Below are positions 36,587-50,162 of a stretch of 64,000 bases of DNA, piece by piece. Numbering within the stretch: position 1 is the first letter of the stretch; each line of letters opens with the position of its first letter. The translations under genes and the position numbers were made by a program. The stretch is from Antedon mediterranea (taxonomy: Eukaryota > Animalia > Echinodermata): contig NC_092674.1 of the NCBI RefSeq assembly GCF_964355755.1, positions 2,108,001 through 2,172,000 of the forward strand, written 5' to 3'. The notes beneath the pieces were generated by a model, which was given only the letters and a program-made list of their open reading frames with translations, had not been told where the DNA came from and did not search any database.

Positions 36587-39500
36587 CAGGGTTCGTACGC
36601 GTCCTTAAATTCCTTGAAAGTCATGGAAAAATAAATCTCTTTTTTCAAGTACTGGAAAGTCCTTGAAATTGGCATTTGTCCTTGAATGTCCTGAAAATTG
36701 TTAAAATACAATAAAGTTATATGAATTCTTTTTAATAAAGTTTTGAAAACACTGAACAATAAAAGTATTAAGTATGAAAGTACATGGAAGATAACAACGT
36801 TTGTACGTGCCGACTTTTCCGCCGCCGATAAATGCTCGTACATGAAATAGGCTTTCTTATCAGGTTGGTTGTTGACTGCAGAACGCCACTGGCCAGTGAT
36901 GTTCAGATGACAATCACCTTGAAAAAACTTTGCCCAACTATTCTTTTGTTCCCCCACCGTACATTATTGCATAATAGCTATTACTATTGAAATAAATACT
37001 TGGCCCTTTTTGTGTTCCGATTTTGTTTAAACATTAATTTAACGAATGTAATATTGCAAACATGCATAGCATTTTAGCATTACACTTTAATTAGTGACTA
37101 TACTCGCATTCTATTTATAGCCTCTGATAAGCTATAAATAGAATGCGAGTATAGTGACCTCTCTCAGCGAGGCTCTCTCACACCGCAAGCGCGTATATTA
37201 GCGGTCTCTATATGGCTGCCGATGAGTTTTTTATCGTGCGTTTCTCGTCAGTGGAAATCTATCCAACATGCCGCGTACATGCTTTTTTCAAGAGTCCTGG
37301 CTTTTTGATAGCAAATTTTCCCCGTGGATTAACCGTGCGTCAATAAAAACGGAGGCAAAGTGTAAACTATGTAGAAAAACATTAGATATCTCCAACATGG
37401 GACGGTCGGCGTTAATATCTCATCAAAACGGAAAAAAGCATAAACAACAAATGGAGTTGAGGTTTAACAATACGACGCAAGAAGTTAATCAATTTTTTAG
37501 TAAGTCCAACCCAACAACATCCACCAGTAAATCTAATAGTACCATCACCAGTATTATTGAACAACAAGACATACCAGGAACTAGTGTTGATAATAGTATA
37601 CCGAAACGTACGAACCCAAGTGGCCCGGCGACGATGCAGTATTTCAGTAGTAGTGAGGAGATTCGTAAAGCAGAAATATTGTGGGCCTTATTCATGACTA
37701 ACCGGCACTATTCGAACAAGTCGATGGATGAAATAAATGAAGTATTCCAGGCGATGTTTCCAGATAGTGGAATAGCTGCAAAATTTAGTTGTGGTGAAAA
37801 AAAGTCTGCTTATGTTGTTAATTATGGGTTAGCGCCATATTTTAGGTAAGTTTTGTTTGATATCGATTGATATAGGCCTACAATTTAGATTAAATAAATA
37901 ATTGTAATAGGCATTTCTGTATTGAGTAATAGCCTGGTGAGTATGAAAAACAAATGTTTTTAGTCTAAGTTTTGTTCATTTTAGGTCATTACTTCTGAAA
38001 CGTGTTACGGATGAGTCAGATTACGTTCTACTATTTGATGAAAGTCTAAACAAAGGTACACAACTAAAGCAAATGGATATCCATGTCCGATTTTGGGCTA
38101 ACAACCACGTGGAAACTAGATTCTTTGATAGTACATTCATGGGTCATGCTACCGCTGAGAAAGTCGTCACCGATTTTAAGATATGTGCAGACAAACTAAA
38201 TCTCGCAAAATTACTTCAAATCGGTATGGATGGTCCAAACGTCAATTAGAAGTTTTATAAACTTCTCTCTGCCGATATAAAGACGAATTACAATACATCA
38301 GTTCTCAACATTGGGTCGTGTGGCCTTCATGTAATGCACAATGGGTTTCAAAGTGGTGTGCAGTCAATTGATTGGAAGGTCTACGACATACTGTCTAGTT
38401 TACAAATACTGTTCAAAGACACCCCTGCTCGTCGGGAAGATTTTGAGAACGCTACTGGCACACATGTGTTTGGCCTTAAGTTTTGTAAACACAGATGGGT
38501 GGAGAATGCTGCAGTTGCGAAGCGGTTTCTCAGTGTTTTTCCGCACCTTAAAACGTACATCAAGCAGGTGACCGAAAAGAAAATAAATGACCCAAAAACA
38601 AAGTCGTATGACACTCTGAAGGCTGCTTCAGTAGACTTATTTACGGTGCCCAGAATGCACTTTTTTGTGATGGTGGCCACACAAATGGAAACGTTTCTTA
38701 AAAAATATCAAACAGATCAACCAATGATACCGTTTCTTGAGAAAGATCTAGTGGCATGTTTGAGAGGGCTATTGAGATTGGTCATTAAACCAGACGTCCT
38801 TTCCGGGCTCGTGAATGGCCAAAGTTTCACTAACTTTAATATAGATGAAACGAAAAACCATTTACTTGCTAACAAAGTAGACTGTGGAATATTAGCTTCA
38901 GAGCATATAAAGGAGTTGATCAAGAAAAAGAAGGTGTCCGAGTTACAAGAACTCAGGTTTAAAAATGAGTGCAAGACCATGGTTCTTACAATTGTTAAGA
39001 AAGTGCTATCTAAATGCCCACTTGGTTTCAGAATCGTTCAAAAAGCGAAATTTCTCGATCCAAGAAATTTTTGTTTAAGTGGTAATGCGCGATCTCTTAA
39101 TGTTGGTAGACTAAAGGCTGTATTAAAAATATTAGCAGACAACCAAAAAATCAACCATGACATGTGTGATGAAATTGTTAATCAGGCAAACGAATTCTAT
39201 GATTTTGTTGTGTTAAATAATTTATCAGATTTCACTGAATACGATCCTAAATGTAGAATTGACGAATTTTACTATGACCGCCTTAGCAAAACCACTAAGT
39301 ATCACGCATTCTGGGGGGTAGTAAAATTGATTCTAATGCTTTCCCATGGCCAGGCGACTGTTGAGAGAGGTTTTAGTGTAAACAAGGAGGTAGCGGCTGT
39401 CAATATGTCAGAGAGTACATATGTTTCGAAGCGCGTTGTATGCGGTCACATAGCTTCAGTTGGTGGTGTTTTGTCTGTAAAGATAACGCCCCAATTAATT

Positions 39501-40442
39501 ACTTCTGTGAGTGGGGCTAGGCAACGCTATAATCTCCATCTTGATAATGAAAAACGTAAAGCGGCAGAATCTTCAAAGGCTATTAAGAGAAAATCGACGA
39601 TCGATGAGTTAGATAACTTAAAGAAAGCCAAAAAAAGATGTATTGCTGATATTATGGGTTTAGAAAAATCATCTGCAAAGTTTTCCGATCAAGCTGAAAG
39701 TAAAGGTAGTCTTACCCTCATTGCCAAAGCTAATAGCTTGCGTAGAACCGCTTCTGAAAAAAAAAGAGCAATTAGCTCAACTAGAGGAAGACATTAGACA
39801 TAAATTAGAGGAAATCAAAAATAGCTAGGCTATTGTGTAGATTAAATTAGCAGAAATTGCTAAGTTGTAAAAAATAAACAATGTAAAAATCTCATGTGTT
39901 TATGATCGTTTTGAATAAAGTTCAGAGTGAATTAGAATATGGTTTGATTTCTTTTATTTATACCTTCTAAAAAAAACATACGATATACAGAAACGGCATT
40001 TAAACTCCGAATTCCGAACGAATTGTAGAACGTCATCCTATAGTAGTATCAAATTACCAAATATCGTCGACAGTGCAGTGACTATGGAAACATCAGCCTT
40101 TGTTCAATACACGCCGTGACTACCCTCGATAGGCGCGGAAGTCTGGCGCGGTTCCACAAAGGCTTTACCAGGGAGTTGTTACAACTCTTTACGCTTTACT
40201 ACCGTTACGTGTCATTTTACTCGATTTCCCACGCCTATATTTTCAGTACTGTATGTTTTTTTAGTGGCTACAGTTAATACTTGAATTTCTGAAAAACATC
40301 GTAACTACGAATTCATTTTTTTTTATTAATCTGTTGAACTTAATATTTAGGTATAATAATGTCCTTGAAATTTTAAAATATTGACATTGAATGTCCTTGA
40401 AATGTCCTGGAATTTTACTAGCTCACAGGTGTACGAACCCTG
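36587..40442 (+). mobile_element. Full-length hAT-superfamily DNA transposon with 6-bp TSD, in DGK intron 3
   Basis: 12-bp TIR CAGGGTTCGTAC / GTACGAACCCTG; AATAAA duplicated at 36581-36586 and 40443-40448; subterminal GTCCTTGAA repeats at both ends; internal transposase gene. Confidence 0.92.
37268..39828 (+). pseudogene. hAT-type transposase, 2 exons (37268-37845, 37985-39828), with one premature stop and a probable C-terminal frameshift
   Basis: N-terminal Zn finger (CKLC...HQNGKKH); DDE-type motifs LLFDES, MDGPNVN, CGLH, KHRW, TVERGFS; GT-AG intron 37846-37984 keeps the frame; in-frame TAG at 38247-38249; A9 run at 39757-39765. Confidence 0.85.
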
Positions 40443-40712
40443 AATAAAACAGTTTCAAACATTTCATTCATTTATTTATTTGTTTAAATCCAAAATAATA
40501 ATATACATAATAATAAAATCACCTTATTTTAATCAATGTTGTGATATTAGTGGGAAAGCTCAACTGATTATGATTAATGTTAAAGAAATGTTCGCTAAAG
40601 GATTAATGTTAATTTTATATATGTTCAATTTATTCATACATTTATCTGTATTTCCAAGAATCAACATTTTTTTCTAACATAACAATGCACAAACCACAAA
40701 CACATGCTTTTA

Positions 40713-41516
40713 GGGCCTGTTTCTGCTGCAACTGCTCAAAATACGGTATAAAAATACGGTATAAAATACGGTATTTTTTATACCGTATTTTTTAGTACCC
40801 CGTTTCTGCTAACAATACTTCTTGGGTGGTCGTGTTAAATTTCATCTTTTTTACCCAAATTGCCATTCATTTATTTGATGATGGAAGTTTTACGTCTCAC
40901 TTTCAACAGCCTAGCCCTAGTGATAGAGATGGTGTGAGAGCACAGAAAACATCGTAATGGGGACAATTAATTCGTTCCCTCCCCGAGTTATTGTATTTTG
41001 CAATGTTGTACTGCTTTCGCAGGCTGTTCAGCTTTGAATTTACTTGCTTTGGAGACAAGTCTATTCCATACTCCTGCTTTTATTTTTTTAGAAATGTCTT
41101 TATAAATGTGGTTGTCCCTTTTATTACCTTTTAGTTCGCCAGACATTTTAACTTCCCCACACAAATTTATTTAGTAAAACTGTGACGTCTTCGCTCCTCA
41201 TTTTCGCCGAATATATATATACACGTGTGTAAAACAGCTGACAGCGACAGAAAATAAAAACACGAATGTTGGCCTTTTGTCATGTAAAAAAAAAATACGG
41301 TATTTTTTATTGGCAGCAGAAATGGGTACAAAAAATACGGTATAAATTTGTAAATACCGTATTTTATCCACAAATTTTGTGGGGAAAATACGGTATACAA
41401 AATACGGTATATTTTTTAAGAGCGCAGTTTCTGCTGCCAAAAATATACCGTATATATACGGTATTCAAAAAATACCGTATAATATACGGTATTTAGTTGG
41501 CAGCAGAAACAGGGCC
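40713..41516. mobile_element. Non-autonomous Harbinger-type element
   Basis: Ends GGGCCTGTTTCTGCTGC / GCAGCAGAAACAGGGCC, TTA on both flanks, many subterminal AAAATACGGTA motifs. Confidence 0.85.
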
Positions 41517-42824
41517 TTATTGATCAATTAAGGTTTTGATATTTGTACAAAGAAGGTTGGAACGTCCTGTATAACAAAGAGGAAACAGATTAAATCGACA
41601 GGAAACAATATTTTGTTTCTATTTCTTTTCATCAATCTAAATAATATTGAATATTTAAAAAATTATGCTGGAATTAATTTTAAAGATTATCTAAAATATG
41701 ATTCTTATTTATAATATGGAAGTATGTTTAATTAAATTATATTAAAAGATTTTAGAATTTAAATTTAGATTAGTATTAAAAATAAAGATGAATCGCAAAT
41801 ACAAATTTGTTTGTTTTGTGCATATATTACCTGGATAAACCGACATAAGCCCTTACTTACTAAAGTGAGAGAACAATATCAAATAGGAATTTTTAGTTGA
41901 ACATCCCTACCTGGAAATGAGACACTTTGGGCATGTGCATGTTTAAATAAGCCATTTCTCTATTCTTTTGAGAGAGAGAAAGGAGAGGCACACATACTCA
42001 TGCTAAAAATACTGTGATAATAGTAATACATAGTTATCATATGACTCATTCCAATACCACCTCTCCCCCAATACCACACCCCCACCCTTCCCCCTTTCCT
42101 TTCATCCCTTGTGGGCTCATGCCGATATTTTTCCTGAAACTCGAGCCCATAGCGATGCGCTTTGTTCTTTTCCAAACCCGCCATTGCATACTGTATTTAG
42201 CTTTTAACGAACAGTTAAATCCCCATGGACAGAATTACCATACGAGAATATATACAGTGTAAAAAGAGTTAGTGGCCGGTTACATTTATTCCCTATAGCA
42301 ATAAAGTCTAGGCGATATCTGCTATGCAAACAAACACTTTAACTTTGATGTGTGCAGAGAATCAATAGTGACGTCACCTCATTCAAATAACACTTTAAAC
42401 CGTCAAATTGCCCGTTCATTGTCTCGTAATTATTGCAGTGCTTAAAGTGCTTGTGAGATTATGAATCAAGTCAAAGATTTGCTAGATTTAATGAGGCAAA
42501 AAATGCTTCTGTCTGCTTACACTTCTCATGTGCCACCACAGAGGGCATAAACAACCCTATTTTTTATTGAATAATATAATACGGACATATTGTATTTTTA
42601 AAAACATTTTCCTGTTGTTTTAAAATAGTAATTGTTAATTTCAAAGAAATAAATAACCAAACTCTCTTGACGCAAGTTGTAATATTGGTTTATTTTTTTG
42701 AACAGTTATGATTTGGTGTCTTGGTTTCTTGTCTCTATTTTCCATAGAATTTAAAGATTTTTTAAAATTTGTTTAAACATTGTTAGGAAATTATTACTTA
42801 TTAATACCATTTTATCTTATACAG

Positions 42825-42905
42825 TCTGAGATTTATGAAGAAGTTGAACTGGTTGATGTAAGCGTTGCAGAAAGTAGTACTAAAAACCCAAATAATAGCT
42901 TTCGG
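42825..42905 (+). CDS. DGKD: DGK type II exon 4 (PH)
   Basis: SEIYEEVELVDVSVAESSTKNPNNSFR; atacag acceptor and gtaagt donor. Confidence 0.92.
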
Positions 42906-45240
42906 GTAAGTAGTAGTATTTTCACCTTAAGCTCTGTCTACGCTTATCAAACTTTATGTGACAAAAAAGTGTGATGTGCTCAAATATGGTATTGATATGA
43001 CATCATCATGTCCATATTATGGGCACATCATATCATGTCCATATATGGGCACATCACATTTTTTTGTCACATAAAGTTTGATAGTGTAGACAGAGCTTAA
43101 AAGCTAGTTTAGAGGGAATAATGGCAATACGTCTATGATGCACATAGTAGTACGGTTGCCACTACATTATCTCAGAATAATTATCACTCTGTTCCCCCTT
43201 CCTTTCTATAACTACAAAAAGATGCGCAAAATATAAACTTGAAAACCAAAGACTCCACCTTACTATGTTTGTTAGGGTATACTCTGCTCCTCTCTTACAA
43301 AGGAGTGTGAAGTACTTTTTAAATACCAGTACCCATTTCGGTTCCCTTGTGTGGGAGGAGTGATGTGTGTCTGCGGTGATTAGACCTCTGGATTTGAGAG
43401 TCCAAACCAATGCGCCAGAGTACCCAGGATGCACCACTATTACTATGACCAATTATTAGATGTGTTTTCCAAATACAATACAGTAATCTTTACCAAACCA
43501 AGTTCTTAATAACTACATTTTGTCCAGATATTTGGGTTTGACCTATTAAAACTGAAGAGAAAATATTAAAATATAACTTCAAGCTCTATTCTACCTTATT
43601 CCAATATCGCAAGCTAAAATACAGTACTATTCTCATGAATAAATAGAAGTAAACCAATTGTTAAGTTAGTAGATGAAAACATACATTTTCTAATTAGTCT
43701 ACAATCTTTAATTCCAAGATAATGAGAAGTGTTTCAGTAAACCAATAAGCCTCTTCAAGGTCACGTTAAGTAGCTTAGTAAATTCTAATTTCCGAATGCA
43801 CTTTATACGTAAATATTAGATGCAAATTTAAATACCCTTACAATTTTTGTTTGGTTATTGGTTCATTTAATCTTATACTGTTTATATCGAGACTGTCCTC
43901 AATAATTCTGCGGTATGCGCAACTTGAGACCGTTCACGTTTATTGGAAAAAGACAAAAGTAAACACTGTGAAGGTTATGAAAACCATTCTAATTGGTTCG
44001 TTTAAGAAGGTACTTAAATGCAAAAATGAAATTAGTATTGGATTTTTGTTAATTACCGTAAATGACCAAATAAGCATTATGAAGATCGAGAATTTTGTTT
44101 AGATTGAAGAAGTTCATTTGTTTCAGGGTTTATTCAACTATGAGGCTTTTAGACCCTGTTTCAGACGGTATTCATGTCATTTAATAGACCTACCGCACAT
44201 TCAGTCAACTAAGGTTATGTTCACACACATATGTAAAGGATGGAATAAGTTAATCTGAACTGAATGCATTTCTGTTTTTAACGGCAGTCATACTTGAGAT
44301 CGATTTGTTTTGATATATTCGGTTAATAACATAAACAAAAAAAAGACAATAAAACAAAACTTATTGAACAAGGATAAGCAAAGAAAGTTTTACTGTAAAT
44401 AATATAAAACTTATTTCCATTTGGGTTACCGGTATACCCTACTATGACTTGCATAAGTATAGTGCCAGCCTTTATGGCGTATGTGTAAACGTAGTCTAAA
44501 TCAGTCCGCATCTGAGCGCTTCAGAAAGAGATACTGTATATATATTCAATCATTTTAATAAGTTGATGATTAAATGTTCAGTATTATTACTTGTATTTGT
44601 CGAGTATTATCTGTCGTGTTTACAGAGTTTTGTACAATGAAATATTAAATTACTGGTAATAAGAGGCGCTTCTAATCTTGTCTTTGGCTACCTTATATCC
44701 TCAATGGTTTGTATTAATAAATGATAAGAATTTAGCTACTGTACAAGGATATTGAATAACCCTAGGGATCAGTTGACTCCGTAGTCTACAGTTGTACTAA
44801 TACTACTGATTACTCTGCTAATGATATTAAATTGAATTTCAAACCTGCTCTTTTGATTGAGTTTTCTACGTGATGACGAGTGTATTCTCAATTTAATTTA
44901 CTAGTTTTTCAATAAAAATTGAATACTGATGTGACAGTCGAATGCTTCACGTTGTAAATTACAATTTTTTAAAAATGATAAAAACGTGATGATTGTGAGA
45001 AAGAGAATTTATTAAGATGCATTTGATTTATGCTCACAAAAGATAAGCTATTTCTTGTTGTATCCTGCTGTTGATTTGTTCTTGGATGCTGATGATGTAT
45101 TTCAGCCAATCGTTTCTGTTCCTTGCTCTACCCACATAGTTCACCCACCTCTAGTTTTTGTGTTATCCTCTTTCTTAAGCTCTGTCTACACTATCAAACT
45201 AGTTTGACAAAAGTGATGTGCCCAATATGGTAGTGATATG

Positions 45241-45914
45241 CAAGCCTTGTCTTTTAAGGCGAGCAAGAGCAGTCACTCACCTAACACTCCTAACTACCAA
45301 TAACTAATCATTAAACAAATAAAATCTTGTACTTGCTGTTTGCTATATCTATAATTTCAAGTACAGTACATATAAACATATATTTGTGCTTATTTTGATT
45401 TATGTAGTAATTTTATCATGATTATGTATTATTTATACTGTTCACCTATTGTACCTTTATTCTGTTTTTGTTTTTTTTTGTTTTTTAGTTGTTTTTTTAT
45501 TTACTACATGTATAAGTATTTTTTTTTTCTGTCTGACATTTTGTAAGTAGGCCCTAATGTGTATTTACTACTGACCTATTGCATCGATTTATTGATTTGC
45601 TCGTTATACAATTGTTTTTAAGTATCTACTCAAGTGTGCAATTACTACTGTACAGTGTACATTTGTTTTTGTTTTTTTTTTTCAATGCATGCAAGTTAAT
45701 TATGTAAGTTTAATTATCATTTACCTTTTATATGTTGTTGTTTATATTTGTATGGACGCACCACCGAAAGGTGTGTGCCACTGATTCGAAAGTAAGTACC
45801 AATAAATACTGAATACTGAATACTGAACTGCCTATGAGGAGTGCGATTTACCCTTAAGTTAGTAAACTTCTACACACCAAAATACAAGTGCTTGTAGCTC
45901 ACCTATAAGGCCTG
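45241..45914. mobile_element. Element with 6-bp TSD nested in a family A MITE
   Basis: Imperfect ends CAAGCCTT / AAGGCCTG; GATATG duplicated at 45235-45240 and 45915-45920; MITE sequence resumes exactly afterwards. Confidence 0.7.
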
Positions 45915-48900
45915 GATATGACATCATCGTGTCCATATATGGGCACATGACATTTTTTTTGTCACATAAAGTTTGATAGTGTAGACAGAGCTTTAGGCTG
46001 GTTCTTAGTATGCCTTTCTATCAATGTTCCTTTTTTTTAAATGTTTTTTAAAGTCCTTTCTTTAAAAAGTGTAATTTAACGATTTTTTTCTGTGATTATT
46101 ATTGAATTTCAAATAGTAAATGTCGGGAATTTAGTACAATTTTATGTAGTTTTAATGCTTTTAAACATTTTATTAAGCCAATCAATAGCAGTTTCCACAT
46201 TTTTGATTTGTGTTCTAAAAGTTATTTTGTAAAAAAAAGTTTAAATGATTGTAAAATCCTTTATATTCATGCACTAATAATTTCTGTAATTTTCTCGGAT
46301 CAAAATGCAAAAATTTAAGACCATTGAAAATTTGTATTTCTGTCAAGCGTTCGTCAGTATGACATGAGGTTTTTTATTATCTTTTCAAGAAATCAATTGA
46401 TTTTGCAGTATGTGTTAGCAACCAAGAATACAGTTAATTATACATTGTAAAGATTTTAATTACATTTCCTAATGAAGATTTCAATTTATTGTTTTAGGTA
46501 AAATAAAAGTAAACTTTCTATGATTTTAACTAATTTTTTTCTTAGAAAATTGAATCTTGAATATTTTACCTAATATGTATTGTATTCTCATTAATCGCAA
46601 AATGTGATATTTTTTCAAATTTGAGCATCGTGCTACAATACATGGCATTTATTTTTAATTAAAAATAATGTGTTTGTTTTCAATTTATTTTTAAGAGATT
46701 TGCATTTTAAAATACATTTTATTATTATTGAATGATAATAAACTGAATAGACTCAAATTTTTTATTATAAAAGAAGGCAGACACGTTTCAAACATGATTT
46801 CATAATAAAATGGTTATTATATTGTTCAATAAATATTTTTTAAATATGAATTCTGATGCATGTTGTATGCAAAATGTTGTTCATATGAAGTTATATAAAT
46901 GTTTTCATGTAATAATTTGCATTCACATTTGTAACTCATTAGTTTGTCCTACTGTACATTATGATGATCGAGGTAATAAAATAATATTAAACAACCATTC
47001 AACAAAACGATAGCAATCTGAGATTATTGTGTAAATACCCTATTCTTCAAAATGTGTGCATTTTACTACGAGTATACTCTGTCCATCAGAAAAGGTTATA
47101 TCAGCCGTCTGTTCGTCTGCAGTTGCCCTGGCAACAGCGGTAATTAGTGCTGAGTGGGTTGTGAGAAACGTTGCATCGGTGGCGGCTGCTCTAGAGGTGG
47201 GCGTATATTTATCGTATCAACACAGTCAGTACTAATTCATCTAACAGATTTTACAGTGAAATTGTTTATATGTATAAGTAACAGATAAGGTAAACTCTGT
47301 ATATTGCGAGACAAGGTGATTCCAGCGTTATAAATTCACGCTGGAAACCTTAACATTAACAAAACAAATTTCTTCAGAGTATATCAGTAACTGATGTGGG
47401 TGTATCACATACGCCCCTTCCCCAATATAATTTTTTAATTACTGAATGTACTGAAATAATTTTGTCAGAAAATAAAATTTTTAAAAGATTTGTTAATTAC
47501 AAATTATTGATTGATAAAGTTTGCTATTACCAGCTGACAATCTGTATGTAATGCTTTGAAATAATTAATAATTGTTGATCTGACAAAATTTTGGATCTCT
47601 GTTGTAACGATGTGCTGACGTGTTGTATTCTCCAACATAGGCTACGTCCTACTGTAGGTCTTTAACTGCCTCGTGTACAGCATGTCACAGATATACCTCG
47701 GAGTCTTTGGTTATGTTTCGAAATCTGTCCGCACGAAAAACTGAATGGCACCGGACGACAATTTTGTGAAAATTTAGTATGATTTACATAGAAATTTTTT
47801 AAAATCCTTTGTTTATATCTGAAAGGTCACTACACAGTCCAGAAGAACCAGTGTTTACCTTGGTCGGGTCAACTCCAGCCTCCAAAGCCCTGCTAAATCC
47901 GGACGCAATAAAAAAAAAAATGTTAAGGAATGATTAGTCCCGGAAATTCAAGTTTTGTAAATGCACTTGAAATCATTTACAATTTTGTTCTGGTTCAGGC
48001 ATCGGTATATTCAATAGTAGACAAGTTTATCATTGATCTGTTCCAAACCTTGATCTGAACTGTCCAACGCTAAGGTCACAATGTCAATAAATAATTGCAA
48101 TTTTGTGTTAAGGCAGCAAAAACTGGTCATAGATAATCATCACTATTAACCACCGGTCCTTTGACATTTAAACATCAAATCAATTAAACATTTAAACATT
48201 TTTTTTTTAAATTATTGCTTTTTCTGATCTTGTCCTGTTTATATTTAAAAAAAAAAATATTTAAGATTGTTGAAAAACAGTGTTGAATTGATTATTTCTA
48301 GGTATTTAGATATCATGAGATGATTTAGAATTTCTTATTATTTCTCTAGGCATTAGGTATCCTATGAGATTGTATTCCCTTAGAATTTCTCGATTTATCC
48401 AAGAAACACTTTATTATTTTGCCTTCAGAAAATGTCGATTTGTGTCTATTTTTAGAAATAACTTGTCACTTTCAGGGAATAAATTACACAATTTTATGAA
48501 TTGAATATTGTATTGAGTTACTTACTATCTAGTTTGAAGCATTTCATATTTTGTGATGAGAAGTGTATCTATAAATAAATATTGCTTTTACAATTTCATT
48601 TATTTCTTTACACTTCTTCTGCTGCTAGTGTAGTGTTTTTCAAAGTTGGCTGTTGTGTCATATGGTAGGTTTATATTTCATGACTATGTAGAGCGCGCGG
48701 TACAAAAATGTTTGTTTGCCTAGGTAGTATTTTGGTTAAATACAATATTATCAGAGCTTTGACTAGCTCTACATTTAGATTAGATGTTGTTTTTGGAAAT
48801 GTGAGATGAATAAAGGAGTTTAAAATAAGGGAGAACAATTGTGCACACTGTCGTTTCGTAATAGGCGCTGGTTGATGGTTCCATAGAGGGTCTAATCCAA

Positions 48901-49345
48901 ATTTTCTTAATTTAAGATAAATATTACAAATACAAAATTAAATACAAAAAAAAGCTATGATAAAGTTGAAAAAAGTATTTATAAACAAGGTATTATTGTA
49001 TATTGAGGAGACTTAAGTTTATCAAACATAAGCCATCACCTTGTTGTGTATTTGTAAAGCCTTCCCATTGGTAAATATCTTTTATTCATTTTCATTATCT
49101 AACAGGAAGCGAATTTATAAGCCACCTTGTCCTCCCAGTTTTTTATTTAAAAAAAATTAAAATTGCTTTTTGTTCAACCTCCCCTTTCCAATACCATTTA
49201 TCCGCCCCTGATAAAAACAAGGCCATATACATGGCTGCAGTCGTTTGTGCAAATTTGAGTTTGTGGTTATACCGACCGACATACAGTAGTGATCTGTAGA
49301 GTCGCGTGCTTGCAAATAATTATTGTTTTCATTTTTTTTACACAG

Positions 49346-49450
49346 GTGATAAATCCTTTTCGAACCTTGCACCTGATAGCAGATTCACGCAAAGATATGG
49401 AAGACTGGATAAGTGCCATTAGATCTGCAAGTAATAAAGATTTCTATGAT
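49346..49450 (+). CDS. DGKD: DGK type II exon 5 (PH end)
   Basis: VINPFRTLHLIADSRKDMEDWISAIRSASNKDFYD; cacag acceptor and gtaagt donor. Confidence 0.92.
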
Positions 49451-50162
49451 GTAAGTTCAAATCTTTAAATGCTCATATTAAGAAACTACACATATATGCA
49501 ATCCTATGTGTCAGGTTGTTTTTTTTCTGAATCCTCTGATATCATGTAATATAAAATATATTTTTGGTACTGCAAGTTGTAAATTATAAATTCACACTAC
49601 ACACTAGAACACGCATTCTTCTTGTTGCATATGTGTGTTATTAACAAGTTGTTTTTTCCTGAAACCTGATATGCGTAAAATCTTTATTTTATGTTGTTAC
49701 TGCAAGCTGCAAACCAATTTTGTTTTTTATACGTGTTTGTGAAAACCCAATAAATATATCATGAATGATTCCACCAAACTTTCGAGTTAAAATACCAATT
49801 GTAAGGCATACTGCTACTGATAAATAGGCAAACTGCCTTAAAATGTCTTAACATGTTTCGAGAAACTATTCTCATGATCAGAACAGAAAACAACGCCAAG
49901 AGTACTTATATACCAATAGGACAATAAATTATAACTTGAACTTGAAATTATAAACGCACTACAAACTAGGAAACAAGGATACTGTCATGATTTCAGATTC
50001 AGATAACATTTATTTAGATAATAATGAATGAACATATACAAAATAGAAAAAAGATATTAAAGTGAACATAGATAAAGCAGGAATTGTTAATCATTATTAT
50101 CATGGATCCCTTCTAGAAGTTAAAAACTTGTCTCGCAGGGACCCACAACAAAACACATTACT

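Noticed and set aside
38334-39797. Stand-alone 487-aa gene or domesticated transposase
   Set aside because: It is the part of transposase exon 2 downstream of a premature stop and sits between intact TIRs with a TSD.
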